NCBI GenBank assembly: GCA_035084275.1
Contig: CM068748.1
Location: forward strand, 13,578,001 to 13,642,000
Direction of reading: 5' to 3'
Length of the DNA stretch: 64,000 bases
Source: Hydrolagus colliei
Taxonomy: Eukaryota
Shown here one piece after another: positions 38,916 through 50,866 of the stretch (its first letter is position 1; every line of letters begins with the position of its first letter). Position numbers and translations under genes: made by a program. The notes beneath the pieces were generated by a model that saw only the letters and a program-made list of their open reading frames with translations, had not been told where the DNA came from and made no database searches.

Positions 38916-39673
38916 TAAGCCTCTAGTCCTTCTAATCTCCTCTCCTATACGCTTCTATTTCCTTCTGCCTCATGTGTTTAATGCTGGTCTGCCTTGCAGT
39001 GGAACACAATTTGATCTAAGAGCTGATTTAAACTTGTCATATAAGTATAATGGATGGATTTGTATGTTTGGTTTACATAAAGACTTAAACCTATAACAGC
39101 AATTCTATGAAACTTGATACCTTACTGAACCACTCACTCCATTGTGTGTTGTTTTATAATGCCAGCTAACTGTGTCTTCGGGAATCAATAAGTCCCAACC
39201 TGTATTTTACTTACTATAAATGTATTTGAACAGCTGTACGAGTATGAAATCCAATCCACCGTTTATCATCTATGTTGTGAAATGTTCTGTAGGCTTGTCA
39301 ATCCAAGAGGGCCTTTTTGTAAGTCATTTGATCATCACTCCAGTTAAGCCTTCTTTCACACCTTCAAGCCCAAGTGGGCTGATTTATGGTGCTTAATGCT
39401 CCACAAATGTAAAACGGATGAATGTAATCAGCTGATGCAGTTGAATTGTCAAAATGAATAACTTCATAATGTCCCAGGCATACGAACTCGAGAAACTTGA
39501 GAAGGTTCCTGTTTAATTGTCACTGTTATATGTTCTGTTCCTCACCTTGAGGCTCTGACTCCAGTGTTGTTTTATTGAGAATATAATGTATTTTAAAGTT
39601 CATTCTCAATTAGCTTTTTTTTTAATCGAGTCTTGTGTGGTGATTTCCTCCTTTCATATTCAAATACAAATAG

Positions 39674-39718
39674 GGTGAACCAGGTCTTCGTGGTCTTCGA
39701 GGGAGAAGAGGTCATAGG
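39674..39718 (+). CDS. COL13A1: COL2 exon, GEPGLRGLRGRRGHR (45 nt)
   Basis: acaaatag|GGT...AGG|gtagga. Confidence 0.9.
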
Positions 39719-40429
39719 GTAGGACTTGCAGCGTGGATTTAATTGACTCATTGGTGCATGGATCTGGAGCTATATTTACCATTGCATTTACCTCCCAAGA
39801 AATTACAGCTAGTTTTGTTTAAAAACTAGTTTTGTGTTGAACCAAAATTGGTGATTTTTAACATGTACATATTAGAGGCATTTGCATGGTGATATATAAC
39901 TGACCACTACCGGACCAATCAAGGCTGTTATTGTTATATCATTTGTGTAATATCTATCTAACATTTTACACAGTGATTTAAGTTATTGGTAAATGCTTTT
40001 TTCCCTAAAATATTTAGCAATATTACAGCTCTGTACTCTGTGCTGGGTTGCCTGCTTTCTACACTATTCATAAGTGGCTTGGAATGGTGTAACCTTATTT
40101 AAAATTGCTGACAAATATCCAGTATCCTGTAATACAAAGATAAATGGCATGCAAAGAGAACTGAACCAATTATGATAGTAAAGTTTTAAAAAATGTTTTC
40201 ATACTGATTTCTATCCACAATGAAGCGAATTAGATTAGTAAAAATGTTCTCAATGAAGGTGTGCCCACTGTAGGAAATGGGGAAAAAGGATTTGGCGTGG
40301 TTACCAATCATTAACTGAAGGTATCCAGTGAATGTGTGGATACCATCAATAAATCTAATAATTAGTTGCATGTCAAAAAGATTTGACCAAATCAATTAAA
40401 ATACTGTGCCATTTGGGCAATCTATATTC

Positions 40430-40780
40430 AAAAGGACATTGGTACATTTGAGCGGAAAATAAGAAGAATGCTGAGGACCATTTCAGAACTTGGGGCTCTA
40501 AATAAGAGGAGGTATGCAGTTAAATCTGTTACAGAAAGACTGAGAGGGAGAGAGTGTGCCCTGATTTAACTCTTTAAAATGATGAACTGCATAGATCATG
40601 TAGATTTGGATTCTGTTTGTGGAAGGAAATGGCTTAAGGTTATTGAACCCTAAATGAGGCAATAGAAAGGAGCATTTACTATTGGCGCATATGTTTTACA
40701 AAAAACAAATTCCCTATGGAGCACTTTGAGATGTGTTTCTGTAAAAATTCAAGTTCTTTCTTAGGTGAAAGAGTATTTCA
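40430..40780 (+). mobile_element. Old CR1 ORF2 fragment
   Basis: Remnants KDIGTFER..RR and RLRG, ..FKMMN..D.VD. Confidence 0.5.
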
Positions 40781-41688
40781 GCAAAAGCAGTTGAGAGTTC
40801 AGATGTGCAGAGCAATTCCTTCAAAGAAACTGGATAAAGGTTGGGAATGGGATTGAAAGTAATTTGAGTTAAGATTATCTAAATGTAGGTTGTAATAATC
40901 AAATGCTTTTTGCGACTCAAGCCTTTGTGTGTTAGACGGCGCACATGTTACTTTGGAGGAAAGGAATGAATCTGGAAAGTAGCCGATCATGGTTGAGTTG
41001 TGTGAAGATGGATAGACTGTGTGGAGTTTTACTTTGTAGTTTTGGGGGATTGAGGACCTGTTCACTGAAGAGATGGAGTCCACAATAGAGTATGTAGACA
41101 GAGCAAGCTGGGAGGGTGAATATTTAAAGCTTTAAAGTAGCAAAATTATGACCTGAGTTTGTTTTCAGATAATGAATTCCCTAATTTAGGTCTCACATGT
41201 TGAAGAGCATCTGGTACATTTTGGTTTTGCAAAACAACTTGAAACATAGAATTTTGTGGATATCAGTGACTGTGAATCACTTTATTGAATGGATCACTGT
41301 CTTTGGAACATAATCTGAGAGGCTTTGACGAAATTAGTACATGACCTGAAAGCTGGATAAATTCAGCCTAAAGTTGAAATTGGAGCACACTTCTCCAATA
41401 TATTACAAAATAACATTTGCATAGTGATTTCACGTCAAGAAGGTGCTGGACAGTCAGGAATTTTCTGTTGCAATGTAAAATATTGTGCAGTAAACAAAAT
41501 CTATTGTACATTCTGTGCTTGATTTGACTCCTAAAGTGGCAAAATTAAAGTAATTTACATTCTTTTGTTCCATTTGTACAAAAAAGCACCTTTTTATCAC
41601 AATTTTGGGGGTTTAGAATTGGTTTTCACTGGAATTATAGATTATGGTTAGAAGAAATGTCAAACTGCTCTATTTGCTTATCATGCAG

Positions 41689-41724
41689 GGTGAAAATGGG
41701 ATTCCAGGTGAAGCTGGAGAGAAG
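41689..41724 (+). CDS. COL13A1: COL2 exon, GENGIPGEAGEK (36 nt)
   Basis: tcatgcag|GGT...AAG|gtaagg. Confidence 0.92.
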
Positions 41725-42219
41725 GTAAGGCTTGGTTCAGCGGATTCGATCCACTATACTGCAATTTGAATCGGGAGGTGCTGGTTGCGATTGCTGAGGG
41801 AACTATGTACACTTGACAATCTCAGTGATTCAGAAAATGACCAATCCCATCCCTTACTTGTGTTACCATAACTGTAATTCAACAACTCATCAATAAAATG
41901 GAAGTTAGTGACAGAATTAACTTGCCACAACTATAAATCCATAATGAAAAGTAAATTTTGAAAACATGTTTAGGTCATGATTAATAGATATCTATTGTCC
42001 TGTTTATGTACATCTTTTAGGATTTATTTATATCCTTTCAATTGAATTTGCTGAGCTTTTGCCTGGCCACAACTGCATTTGTGTTCTTGTGCACTGCCAA
42101 TGGTGTCTAATGCTCATCACAACTTTCCTGTGAATGTTCCAAGAAATATTCCACAACTGACTACAGAAAACAAAATGCTGTGTCCGTTAATTGTTTGACA
42201 ATATGATCTTATTCAATAG

Positions 42220-42306
42220 GGTGAGAAAGGAGATGCGGGAATATCAACCAATGGAATTAAAGGGGAACCGGGTTCAACTGGACCTCGTGGATCTCCAGGG
42301 CAAAAG
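42220..42306 (+). CDS. COL13A1: COL2 exon, GEKGDAGISTNGIKGEPGSTGPRGSPGQK (87 nt)
   Basis: ttcaatag|GGT...AAG|gttttt. Confidence 0.92.
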
Positions 42307-42747
42307 GTTTTTATAAATATATATATATGTGTGTACAGTGTGTGTGTATATAGCATATGTTTCATTGAAAACTTTTGCGCTCATTTGAATATGGTACGTC
42401 CATACTATTGAATGGAACCTTTCACCCTGGGTTTGTAATGTCACCATCTTAACATTTCCAAGATGTTTATAGCAATCATTAGATACAAATGAAAGCTCCA
42501 CTTCTCAACAGTTTCAAAAGCCAACCTCAGAAGAGCACTTCTGCCACATTACTGTACCATGAAGTACTCCTCTCTTTTCATTATACTTTGTTGTATTTCT
42601 ATCCTGATATGTACACAAATAATTGTAATTGCATCTATAATGTGCTCTAATTATTAACCAAATAACTTGCTGAAACACCCTCTTTTTGTGCTATTTCTCT
42701 TTAGTAATTCATAGCTCATATTAATCTTGAATTTGAAAGTTTTTTAG

Positions 42748-42801
42748 GAAAAGCCTGGGAAAATGGGAGAGCCTGGTTTGCATGGGCAGCAAGGATAAAA
42801 G
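42748..42801 (+). pseudogene. COL13A1: Decayed or poison 54-nt collagen exon, EKPGKMGEPGLHGQQG*K
   Basis: ttttttag|GAA...GGA TAA AAG|gtggca; Gly at 5 of 6 triplet starts, first codon GAA instead of Gly, in-frame TAA at 42796-42798, degenerate donor. Confidence 0.8.
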
Positions 42802-43299
42802 GTGGCAACACTTGAGTTTAAAAAAACTGCTTAGAAGAATATTAATTCTACAAATGTTTCTCTTTAACTCTCCTGATAGATTGGTACTAGTGAGAGATGT
42901 TTTAAAACTGCAATTTTTTTTGATGATCTGAGATTAAAACAACAATGTTCACAACCTTCGGGGAAATGACTGGATTGATAAAATTCCTTGTGGTATTGAA
43001 CAATTTTTAACTTATTACATATTGCCTGTTAAAAAGCAACCAATAACACTGTTAAAAGGACAAAATGATTTTTACTTCACTTCAACCATTTTCCAAATTT
43101 AACTGCAGATCTGCACAATTTATTGGTAAGGCATGTATTTGTTTTTAATATTAGATTTTAACAAAATAGGAACGAAAGTTTTTATTTTAAATATATGTGA
43201 GCGTTGTTGAATTAAAGCATTATGACATGCCTCTTCTGTTCAAAAATCTCTTTTAATCCATAATACTGCTTTTGACTTAAATTGTCACCATTACCTGCC

Positions 43300-43450
43300 A
43301 AAATTGCTGTGCACAATTATGCTGACATGCTTTCCGACAAATACACAGTCACTCCATTTCACATTAATTCCTGTGAAGCATTTTGAGACATCCATGTTAA
43401 TATGGGGCCAAATGCTGTAAGGCACCATACCAAATGCAAGGATTATTTAT
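43300..43450 (+). mobile_element. SINE 3' half, diverged
   Basis: GCTGTGCACAATT...TGTGAAGCATTTTGAGAC...CAAATGCAAGGATTATT. Confidence 0.7.
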
Positions 43451-43567
43451 CAAATTGAAATTACCTTGAATGCATACAAACATCTTTGAGATGAGGTGCG
43501 TGAAGATTATTTCAGTCTCTTACTGTTATTATATTTCATCAACACTCGCTTCTCTTGATGTGTTCCG

Positions 43568-43845
43568 TCAGTATTTCAGACCCGAGCTGTGGTTGGGTTC
43601 AGGGAGGGTGCAGGGAAGGGAGGGGAGGGGGATGACTAATGGCACAGTCGAAGAGAAGGGTCTTGAGGTGGGGCTTGAAGTAGGCTAGGGAGCGGGCGAG
43701 GCGGAGGGATTGCGGGATGTAATTCCAGAGGTTGGGGGCAGAATGGCTGAAGGCTCGCCTGCCGATGGTGGGGTGGGTGGGTCGGGGGACATGGAGCAGG
43801 CCAGTCAGCGGAGGGAGCAGACAGGTTGGTAGGGGGTTAGAAGGT
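43568..43845 (-). mobile_element. LINE2 fragment
   Basis: TTTCAGACCCGAGC...CAGTCGAAGAGAAGGGTCTTGAG...CCGATGGTGGGG, similar to the 1134 and 60476 copies. Confidence 0.75.
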
Positions 43846-43905
43846 CACAGAAGTGTCTGTATATCATTCTCTTAAGTAAATGTTTTTCATTATACATCAT
43901 TTCAG

Positions 43906-43932
43906 GGGGACCCTGGCCAGCCTGGACCAAGG
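43906..43932 (+). CDS. COL13A1: COL2 exon, GDPGQPGPR (27 nt)
   Basis: catttcag|GGG...AGG|gtgagt. Confidence 0.92.
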
Positions 43933-44252
43933 GTGAGTTTATTACTCTGGTGACTCAACTTTGATTACGACCTTCCGATTGAATGGCATAAATTTTTGTC
44001 TATTGGTCATCATCATTTAAACGATTTCCTATTTGAAAATGACTATGTTGCTTTGTAATCATATGATGTGTGTTTTAAAATCTATTGTGATAGTTTTTCT
44101 ACTGACCCCCTCAAAGCTGACCGGTGTCCCATACTGTTTCCAGCATGCTCAGACATCATTAACCCTTTAATATCCAAGATCAAATTACAAGTACAGATTT
44201 TTATCGGCTTCATGCTGTAGTGATGTATTGATCTATTGTATATCTTCTGTAG

Positions 44253-44330
44253 GGTTCGACAGGTCAGAAGGGTGAAGCAGGAAAAACTGAAATTATCGAT
44301 TACAATGGGAACATCAGTGAAGCTCTCCAG
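44253..44330 (+). CDS. COL13A1: COL2/NC3 exon, GSTGQKGEAGKTEIIDYNGNISEALQ (78 nt)
   Basis: ttctgtag|GGT...CAG|gtaaat; MACIT NC3 motif DYNGN. Confidence 0.96.
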
Positions 44331-44633
44331 GTAAATTTCAGTAAAACTTGTACTGTATTACACACAAACAAGACTTTTAACTACAAGAGAATTTTTGATT
44401 GAGCACATTGGTATTACTTTTGGATCAAATGACCCCAATTCTACATTTTAAGATGATTCCAGGTTCAGTTACCAATTATAACACTGCAGTTTTACAACAC
44501 TAGATTTATTTGCCAAATAACTAACTTAATTGTTTGAATTTCTTGATATAATTTGCCTCTACCTTCTCAGCTGTATTAGCACTATCTCTTTACCTTCCAT
44601 CTTAACTTGAATCCATACTTCCTATAGTACAGT

Positions 44634-44934
44634 TAATAATAATAATCCTTGCATTTGATATAACGCTTTTTACATCTTCCAGACATCTCAAAGTGCTTCA
44701 CAGAATATACTGCAAAGTGAATTGACTGTATATATTTGGGCGAAACGTAGCAGCTAATTGTGCACAGCAGGGACCCACAAACAATTATGGATTGAATTGA
44801 CCAATTTTTTTTGAGGGATTATTATTAGGAGTGTGGAATAAGGAAACTTGCCCAAGGTTTTGTCCTTCCTGGAATTTAACCCAGGTCTCTCATTTGTAAG
44901 GAAGTGCTCTCACTACTGAGCTACAGGACTCCAC
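44634..44934 (-). mobile_element. tRNA-derived SINE, same family, near full-length
   Basis: Reverse complement of the 20912 copy; (TAA)n tail at left, head ...GAGCTACAGGACTCCAC at right. Confidence 0.85.
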
Positions 44935-45160
44935 AATGTTGAATGTTATATATACAGATTTCATGGTAGCAGGTGCTCTCCATATGTAGAATACACATAG
45001 TATGATTTCCATACTTTCATGTGATTTAATTCTTACCCCTCCAATAAAAACAAGTGATAATTAGTTATTTATGTTGGAGTCGTTATGAGGGAAAATAAGA
45101 GTTAATGTTTTAAATGTTATTTCACCTAAAAACAATAGTGGTTTATCTTTTATTTTTCAG

Positions 45161-45184
45161 GAAATCAGAACTTTAGCCCTGGCG
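45161..45184 (+). CDS. COL13A1: NC3 microexon, EIRTLALA (24 nt)
   Basis: tttttcag|GAA...GCG|gtaact; matches recalled COL13A1 EIRTLALM. Confidence 0.92.
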
Positions 45185-46969
45185 GTAACTAAATAGAATT
45201 TTATTGAATGCTTTATTGATTGCTTCTGCATTTTGAGCTGAAACAGAGTTGGCATTGTAAAGTTAGTGCATCCAATTATATTTATTATAACGGATGCTTT
45301 TAACTCTGTTAACTTTGGAATTTGGAAAATAGTAATTAACTGCCCTAACATTTGTCTGCAGTTGTCTCGATATATTACGAGTTGGAATTCATTTCAGAAG
45401 CAATATGTTCAATAACAAGGCTATTTATAAAAAAAAGTGTTATAAATTCATTAGAATATTTCTTGAATGCCATGTAAATAGTGTTGCAGTGTGTATTTAT
45501 ATTTTTTGCACACTTAGATTATTATAACTGTTGAAGAAAACGTCCAGTGAGCATTATAAACATGACCTTTTGATGATGTCAAGCCTCTAATGGAAATTCC
45601 TTTTATAATTGCGCACTAAAGGTGCTGGCTGTAACATCAGAATTTTACCCCGTATTATTTCTGTCTTTCACAAAAGGAACAGGGTATTGTACTTTCTCTC
45701 CTAAAAGTCCTCACTGCAATCACCAAGCTGTCAATAGTGACCTGAGATACCCTGTTCTCTCCACTCCTGCACCTCCCTGCAGCTGTAACGTATGCCATTG
45801 GCATCATTAAGCTTGCCTTGCAATTGCCCTTAAGAGCAAACTGTATAAAAAGGTAGAAAAATTGTGCTGTTTCTTAAACATGCACACAAAGCTTCATTCA
45901 CCTCTTCAGCTTCCAGAGACGCTTGTTTGCTTCTGTAAATGACGCCTGTCCCTAAATTGGGGAGAAATTAACAATGCACGTAATATGAAAGATTCTGATG
46001 ATTGTTGAGTTGTTGAGGGAAGCTACTCTACATGACTTGTGCATGACATAACCAGCATGATGTGATCTAGGTATATTGTTGGCATGTTTTACCTTTGCAT
46101 TTATTAGCTGGTTTGTGTTGTCTACACATCTCTTTCTGAACCACCTTAGAATAATGGAATGTAAGGTCAGTCAGCCTGCTTCACTGAAAATAGAGGACAA
46201 CAAGACAGTGGATAGAGAGGGAAAACCAAGTATTTTTAATTTGAAGTCAGCTGTTCACCAGCTAGGTAGAGCAATATAAAATATTTGGTAACCACAGCAT
46301 CGCCAGCTAGATTCAGTACATTAATTTGGTACTGAATTTTTCCAGTTTTGACATGTCTGGATCGACAATCCAGTACTGGCTTTGGGCCAATGTGTGGGGA
46401 TTTCCCATGTAACCACTCGCTGACAGGTCTCACCACTGATGTTCAATGCAGTGGGTCCCAGCTGTGTGCAAAGGTCGGAAACGGTGGGCCTCTGTGGGGA
46501 GGGGAAAGGCAAGGGAAAATACAAATCTCCTACCAGGTGTGAGAGTCCTTTACATTGCCTTGCTTGGGAATATACTTTATATTTGAAGGAACGTCTCTTT
46601 TAATTTCTTCTTAGTATGATTAGTTTCTGACTGAATTAAGGACATTTCAGTATCTCAATAATTTAGAAATAGGATCTGTTTGCATTACAGAAATTATTTT
46701 CCAGCCTAAATGACAATTTCTGAAATTAAAACAGAAGTTCAGACTTCAGTAATATAACTGGAATAATTGCGTTTTTTGGCCACTGATTTAGAGAACTCTT
46801 TCCAAAGTGCAACTGAAGGACCATGGTACTTGTAAATTTTATTACAGATTGGATTTAATCCAAGACTGTTCAATGCGATTGATAGACCAAAGAAAAATGT
46901 GTTTAACATAAATATATTACAACCCACATCTGTAGCATTCACTTTTGTTTGTCTTTGTCGCTCCGCCAC

Positions 46970-47030
46970 TGTCGAGCACTCTGGGGCGCTACCCTGTGTG
47001 AGCGGCGCTTTACAAATGCAAGTTGTTGCT
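46970..47030 (+). mobile_element. LINE2-type 3' tail
   Basis: GCGGCGCTTTACAAATGCAAGTTGTTG. Confidence 0.55.
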
Positions 47031-47543
47031 TTCTCTCCTTCAACCAATTTCACACAATGAATCTTTCTTAAAGTCCGCATTAGAGAACAAATGCAGCCAT
47101 AGACATCTCCTGTGTCTCTCTAGCAATACTGTTTGATGCTGGAATGTACCCCCAGCACGCGGCAATTGAAATAAATAATTTTCACTCCCTCTCACTGACT
47201 GACAAGAAAAATTACACTTTGTTATGTAGTCCTGAAAGTGTGTATTGGCTGACGTGAGGAATGTGACTCTGGGTATCTTCAGGCAGTAATGTTTGGATGT
47301 TATTTTATTATCATAATAAATGCAACACCTGATTTAATAATGGAATACCTAATTATTTTGCAGTTTTTGCACTTCTCACATGCATGCACAATAAATATGT
47401 TTGTGTGCCTTAAAAGTAAACTTAGAAATTGATATCTGCCCACCATTTTACTTTTGATACTTTTTTTTAGACATTTGAGTGTGTGATTTTGTCTTGAAAC
47501 ATTCTTTTGGAGCAATTAAGTGATGATGATATTTGATTTGCAG

Positions 47544-47579
47544 GGTCCCCCAGGACTTCCCGGATACCCAGGCCAAAAG
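47544..47579 (+). CDS. COL13A1: COL3 exon, GPPGLPGYPGQK (36 nt)
   Basis: atttgcag|GGT...AAG|gtatag. Confidence 0.93.
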
Positions 47580-47874
47580 GTATAGTTTTTGCCTATTTCT
47601 ATTGTTAAAAGACATGAATGCTGCCTCTGATCTGTTGAGTTAAAAGAAGTCGATATATTTTAAGAATAAGCAAAACCAAATGGTCAGTCAACCCACGAGT
47701 CAACAATATTGCGATTGCTTAACTCACCACAGTCTAATGCTTATAAAACCTGTTTAACTGTACTGCTTAATGTAGAAGGTGCGTACAATGTTGGAGAATA
47801 TTTTGTCTGGATATTTTCTACAATTTACAGAAGTCAAAGCGAAAAACATACCTTGAATCATTATGTATTTTTAG

Positions 47875-47919
47875 GGTGAAATAGGCTTGCCGGGTACATC
47901 AGGACTTGATGGAGAAAAG
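47875..47919 (+). CDS. COL13A1: COL3 exon, GEIGLPGTSGLDGEK (45 nt)
   Basis: atttttag|GGT...AAG|gtactt. Confidence 0.94.
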
Positions 47920-48063
47920 GTACTTTAACTTTTTGTTAACTCGGAAAATGCATCCTAGTTTTGTGTTGCTGACAGTTTGAAGTTTCAGTATACTTGCCAG
48001 AACAAGTGGCTTATTGTATTATTTAAATATCAGTCAAACCTAGCTGTGTGTCTGTTGCTTTAG

Positions 48064-48207
48064 GGTCCTCGCGGTAAACCGGGTGAGATTGGATTGCCTG
48101 GCCCTGAAGGCCCAAGAGGCATTGAAGGGTCTAAAGGAGAACCAGGAATTATAGGATTCCCAGGACCTAAAGGAAACAAGGGAGAAGTTGGCCAGGCAGG
48201 TTCTCCA
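48064..48207 (+). CDS. COL13A1: COL3 exon, GPRGKPGEI...GEVGQAGSP (144 nt)
   Basis: tgctttag|GGT...CCA|gtgtgt; 16 perfect Gly-X-Y triplets. Confidence 0.95.
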
Positions 48208-48575
48208 GTGTGTTCAAGTGTTTCAAACAATGTTCTAAGCATGAGTCATCAAGACCAATAGACCAACTTCTTTCATATCACTTGATGGTATTGCACGTTT
48301 TAGCTCCAATCCATTTCTGGTTTAGTATCTCAGGATTATGTAGATAAGGTATTTCTAAAGACAGTTTATGTGATTGTCCATATGTGACAATGTTAACAGG
48401 CAGAATTTATATATTAGTCAGATTTATTTAAGATTAATATACCTACCATATATGTAGCTTTCTCCTCTCTTTCATGTTTAGTTTCCCAGCAATCGAATAT
48501 TTGAAGCTTAAATGATTTTTGAGGGTGCTTTATGCAAAGACCAGTTTCTGATCGGTGGCTCTAATATGTTTTTAG

Positions 48576-48674
48576 GGTCTGGATGGGCCGACCGGTGAAA
48601 AGGGAGAAAGAGGGGAACCTGGATTGCAAGGTCCATCTGGCCTGCCAGGTCCTGTTGGTCTTCCCGGGACACCT
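48576..48674 (+). CDS. COL13A1: COL3 exon, GLDGPTGEKGERGEPGLQGPSGLPGPVGLPGTP (99 nt)
   Basis: gtttttag|GGT...CCT|gtaagt. Confidence 0.95.
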
Positions 48675-48687
48675 GTAAGTATCAGTT

Positions 48688-48743
48688 CGCTCTTGAGACG
48701 CCGCCCGGCGTGGAGGGCGCTATGTAAATCAAAGTTGTTGTTG
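48688..48743 (+). mobile_element. LINE2 extreme 3' end inserted about 13 nt after a splice donor
   Basis: CGCTCTTGAGACGC...GGAGGGCGCTATGTAAATCAAAG(TTG)n, the reverse complement of the 8087-type tail. Confidence 0.75.
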
Positions 48744-49409
48744 CATGAATGGAGACTTTCTCCAACATATCATTTCAGTGATGTGTTTATGAAGTATTCT
48801 ACAACATAGACAAAGTTTTCTACTGTGAGAAGTTGCACACAGATAGTTGTGCAGGAGTTTGGCGGGGTAGGACCTGTCTTCACTGAAACTTGCATGTTTC
48901 TTCATAGCAATAAATGATAAATACTGGTAGATAATGATGCATGTTTTTTTTTCGTTTTTAATTCTAGGGAGATAGAGGAGAAAAGGGTGATGGGGTAAGG
49001 CGCCACCACATTTCTTCACTCTTTAAACCTTTACTGATTTTGACCCTGGAGGAATTCCTTGTTTTCAAACAGTATAACATGTGATCAATATATCGGTATG
49101 CAGAATGGCAGAGGTGAATTATTCATTACAATATCAACAACATAAACAGGTTAAGTTCGTTAATTTCAAATTTAGACATAAAACAGAGACATTAAATGAA
49201 TGTGTACATTAAGCTGTTCTCCTGATGACTCGGTGTTAAAGAATTGCCTGGTATCTAACTGCGTTTTACGGACTTGAGTCCTGAAATTTCATCTCGTCTT
49301 TGTGAGACCATTTTGTCTTAAAATTCAAGTGAGGGCAGAATTAGTTATGTATAGATGCATGGAATTGTTCTATCGATGATTACCATTTTCAAAGTAGAAA
49401 TAATCGTAT

Positions 49410-49810
49410 CTCAACAGAGGTCTGGATGAAGAAGGCCCTTCTGCCCATTTTATCTTTATCCTTCCCTGATACTCGCATTACAGTTCTCTCGTTATAACAC
49501 TAAATTTCTTAAATGAATCCAGCATCCTGGCCTTAACCATCCTCCCGATAATCAGTTCTAGGCATTAATGATCCTGTAGGTTAACGCTTTTTGCTTTCAG
49601 TTCTGAAATTGCCCTTTGAAAAATCTAAACCTGTGCCATCTTGATCCCTTGGCCTCTGGAAACATTGTACATTCCTTTTCAATTCCATTTAGAATTTCAC
49701 ATATCCTCCCGAGACACCCCTTTTTGAAGTAGACAAGCTCCAGCTTATCTAATGGTTGCTCACAGTTCGGAACTCTATAACACTGGGAATCATCCTTACT
49801 CTTCAACACA
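49410..49810 (-). mobile_element. Old CR1 3' fragment
   Basis: Translates LDKLELVYF...EILNGIEK...GSRWHRFRFFKGQF; CR1-type 3' end near 49420. Confidence 0.55.
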
Positions 49811-50195
49811 CAATGTGCAACATGAGTACTACATCTTAATTCAATAGGCCTTTCTCTCCAATCTGCCAGTGTCCCTTGTTGATAATGTTATGCTAGACTA
49901 TATTACTTTAAAGACTTGTGTAAGGTTGAGAAAACTTGAAAATGTAGTAAGTGGAGACTGCATTGCTGGATGATGTTCACTTCAGGAGCTTTACCATGGT
50001 AAAATGATTCAAACATGGACACTTACATTTTACATTCGCAGAGTGATCGACAGCCAACTGTTTTAGGTGCCTTTTTGAAATTGAAGGATGATATTAGCTT
50101 TACTGGTCCAGCTATATCTTTGTGAAATGGGCATGGATTAGTGCAAAACCTGACTATTGGATGTTTTTAATTTTTAAACAATATCTTTTCCGCAG

Positions 50196-50246
50196 GTTGT
50201 TGGTCCAGAAGGGCCACCTGGTCCACAGGGGCCCCCAGGTCCGATT
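50196..50246 (+). CDS. COL13A1: COL3 exon, VVGPEGPPGPQGPPGPI (51 nt, starts with 2-residue interruption)
   Basis: ttccgcag|GTT...ATT|gtaagt. Confidence 0.92.
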
Positions 50247-50299
50247 GTAAGTATTAGATAATTGCTTCAAGTTAACATGAATAAATAATAATAACACCA

Positions 50300-50435
50300 T
50301 AATAATAAACTACTTTACTTGAGATAGAGCCTTACCATGTCATTTGAAACAACTCAAAATGCTTCACAGAATTTATTGTAAAATGTATTGACTGTATTTT
50401 TTTAGGCAAATATTGCAGCCAATTTGTACACTGTA
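50300..50435 (-). mobile_element. SINE 3' half, diverged
   Basis: GCTTCACAGAAT...TTGACTGTAT...GCAGCCAATT. Confidence 0.65.
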
Positions 50436-50649
50436 ATGCCCCCATCTTTCCACTCACCATTAATCCACTTGACAAATTTAGAAAAGTATTTAGGAATTGT
50501 AATCAAATTTTAATTCTGGAAATGTTGAAATTGTTTTGTTCTTCAAAGCCCCAAATGCTACATGTTTTCCGATTACAAATTTGGAAGTCATGTATGTGAA
50601 ATTATCTTTGCAATGTCACAAATTTGAATTTTTTAATTGTTTCACTCAG

Positions 50650-50676
50650 GGACTCCAAGGGCTTTCAGGAGCAAAG
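50650..50676 (+). CDS. COL13A1: COL3 exon, GLQGLSGAK (27 nt)
   Basis: tcactcag|GGA...AAG|gtaagt. Confidence 0.92.
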
Positions 50677-50866
50677 GTAAGTTAGACTTCAAGATAAATA
50701 TATACTTTTACAAGGAAGGAATAGGATGGGATTAACAGAGATTTCTTAATATGCAGACTCTGGAACCTTTTATTTGGTTTCCTTCGCCCAGTGTTTTTGT
50801 GACACCATTTATTTTTGTCGAGACTGAAATTAATGCCTGATATCTAATATTTTGTCATTTGTACAG

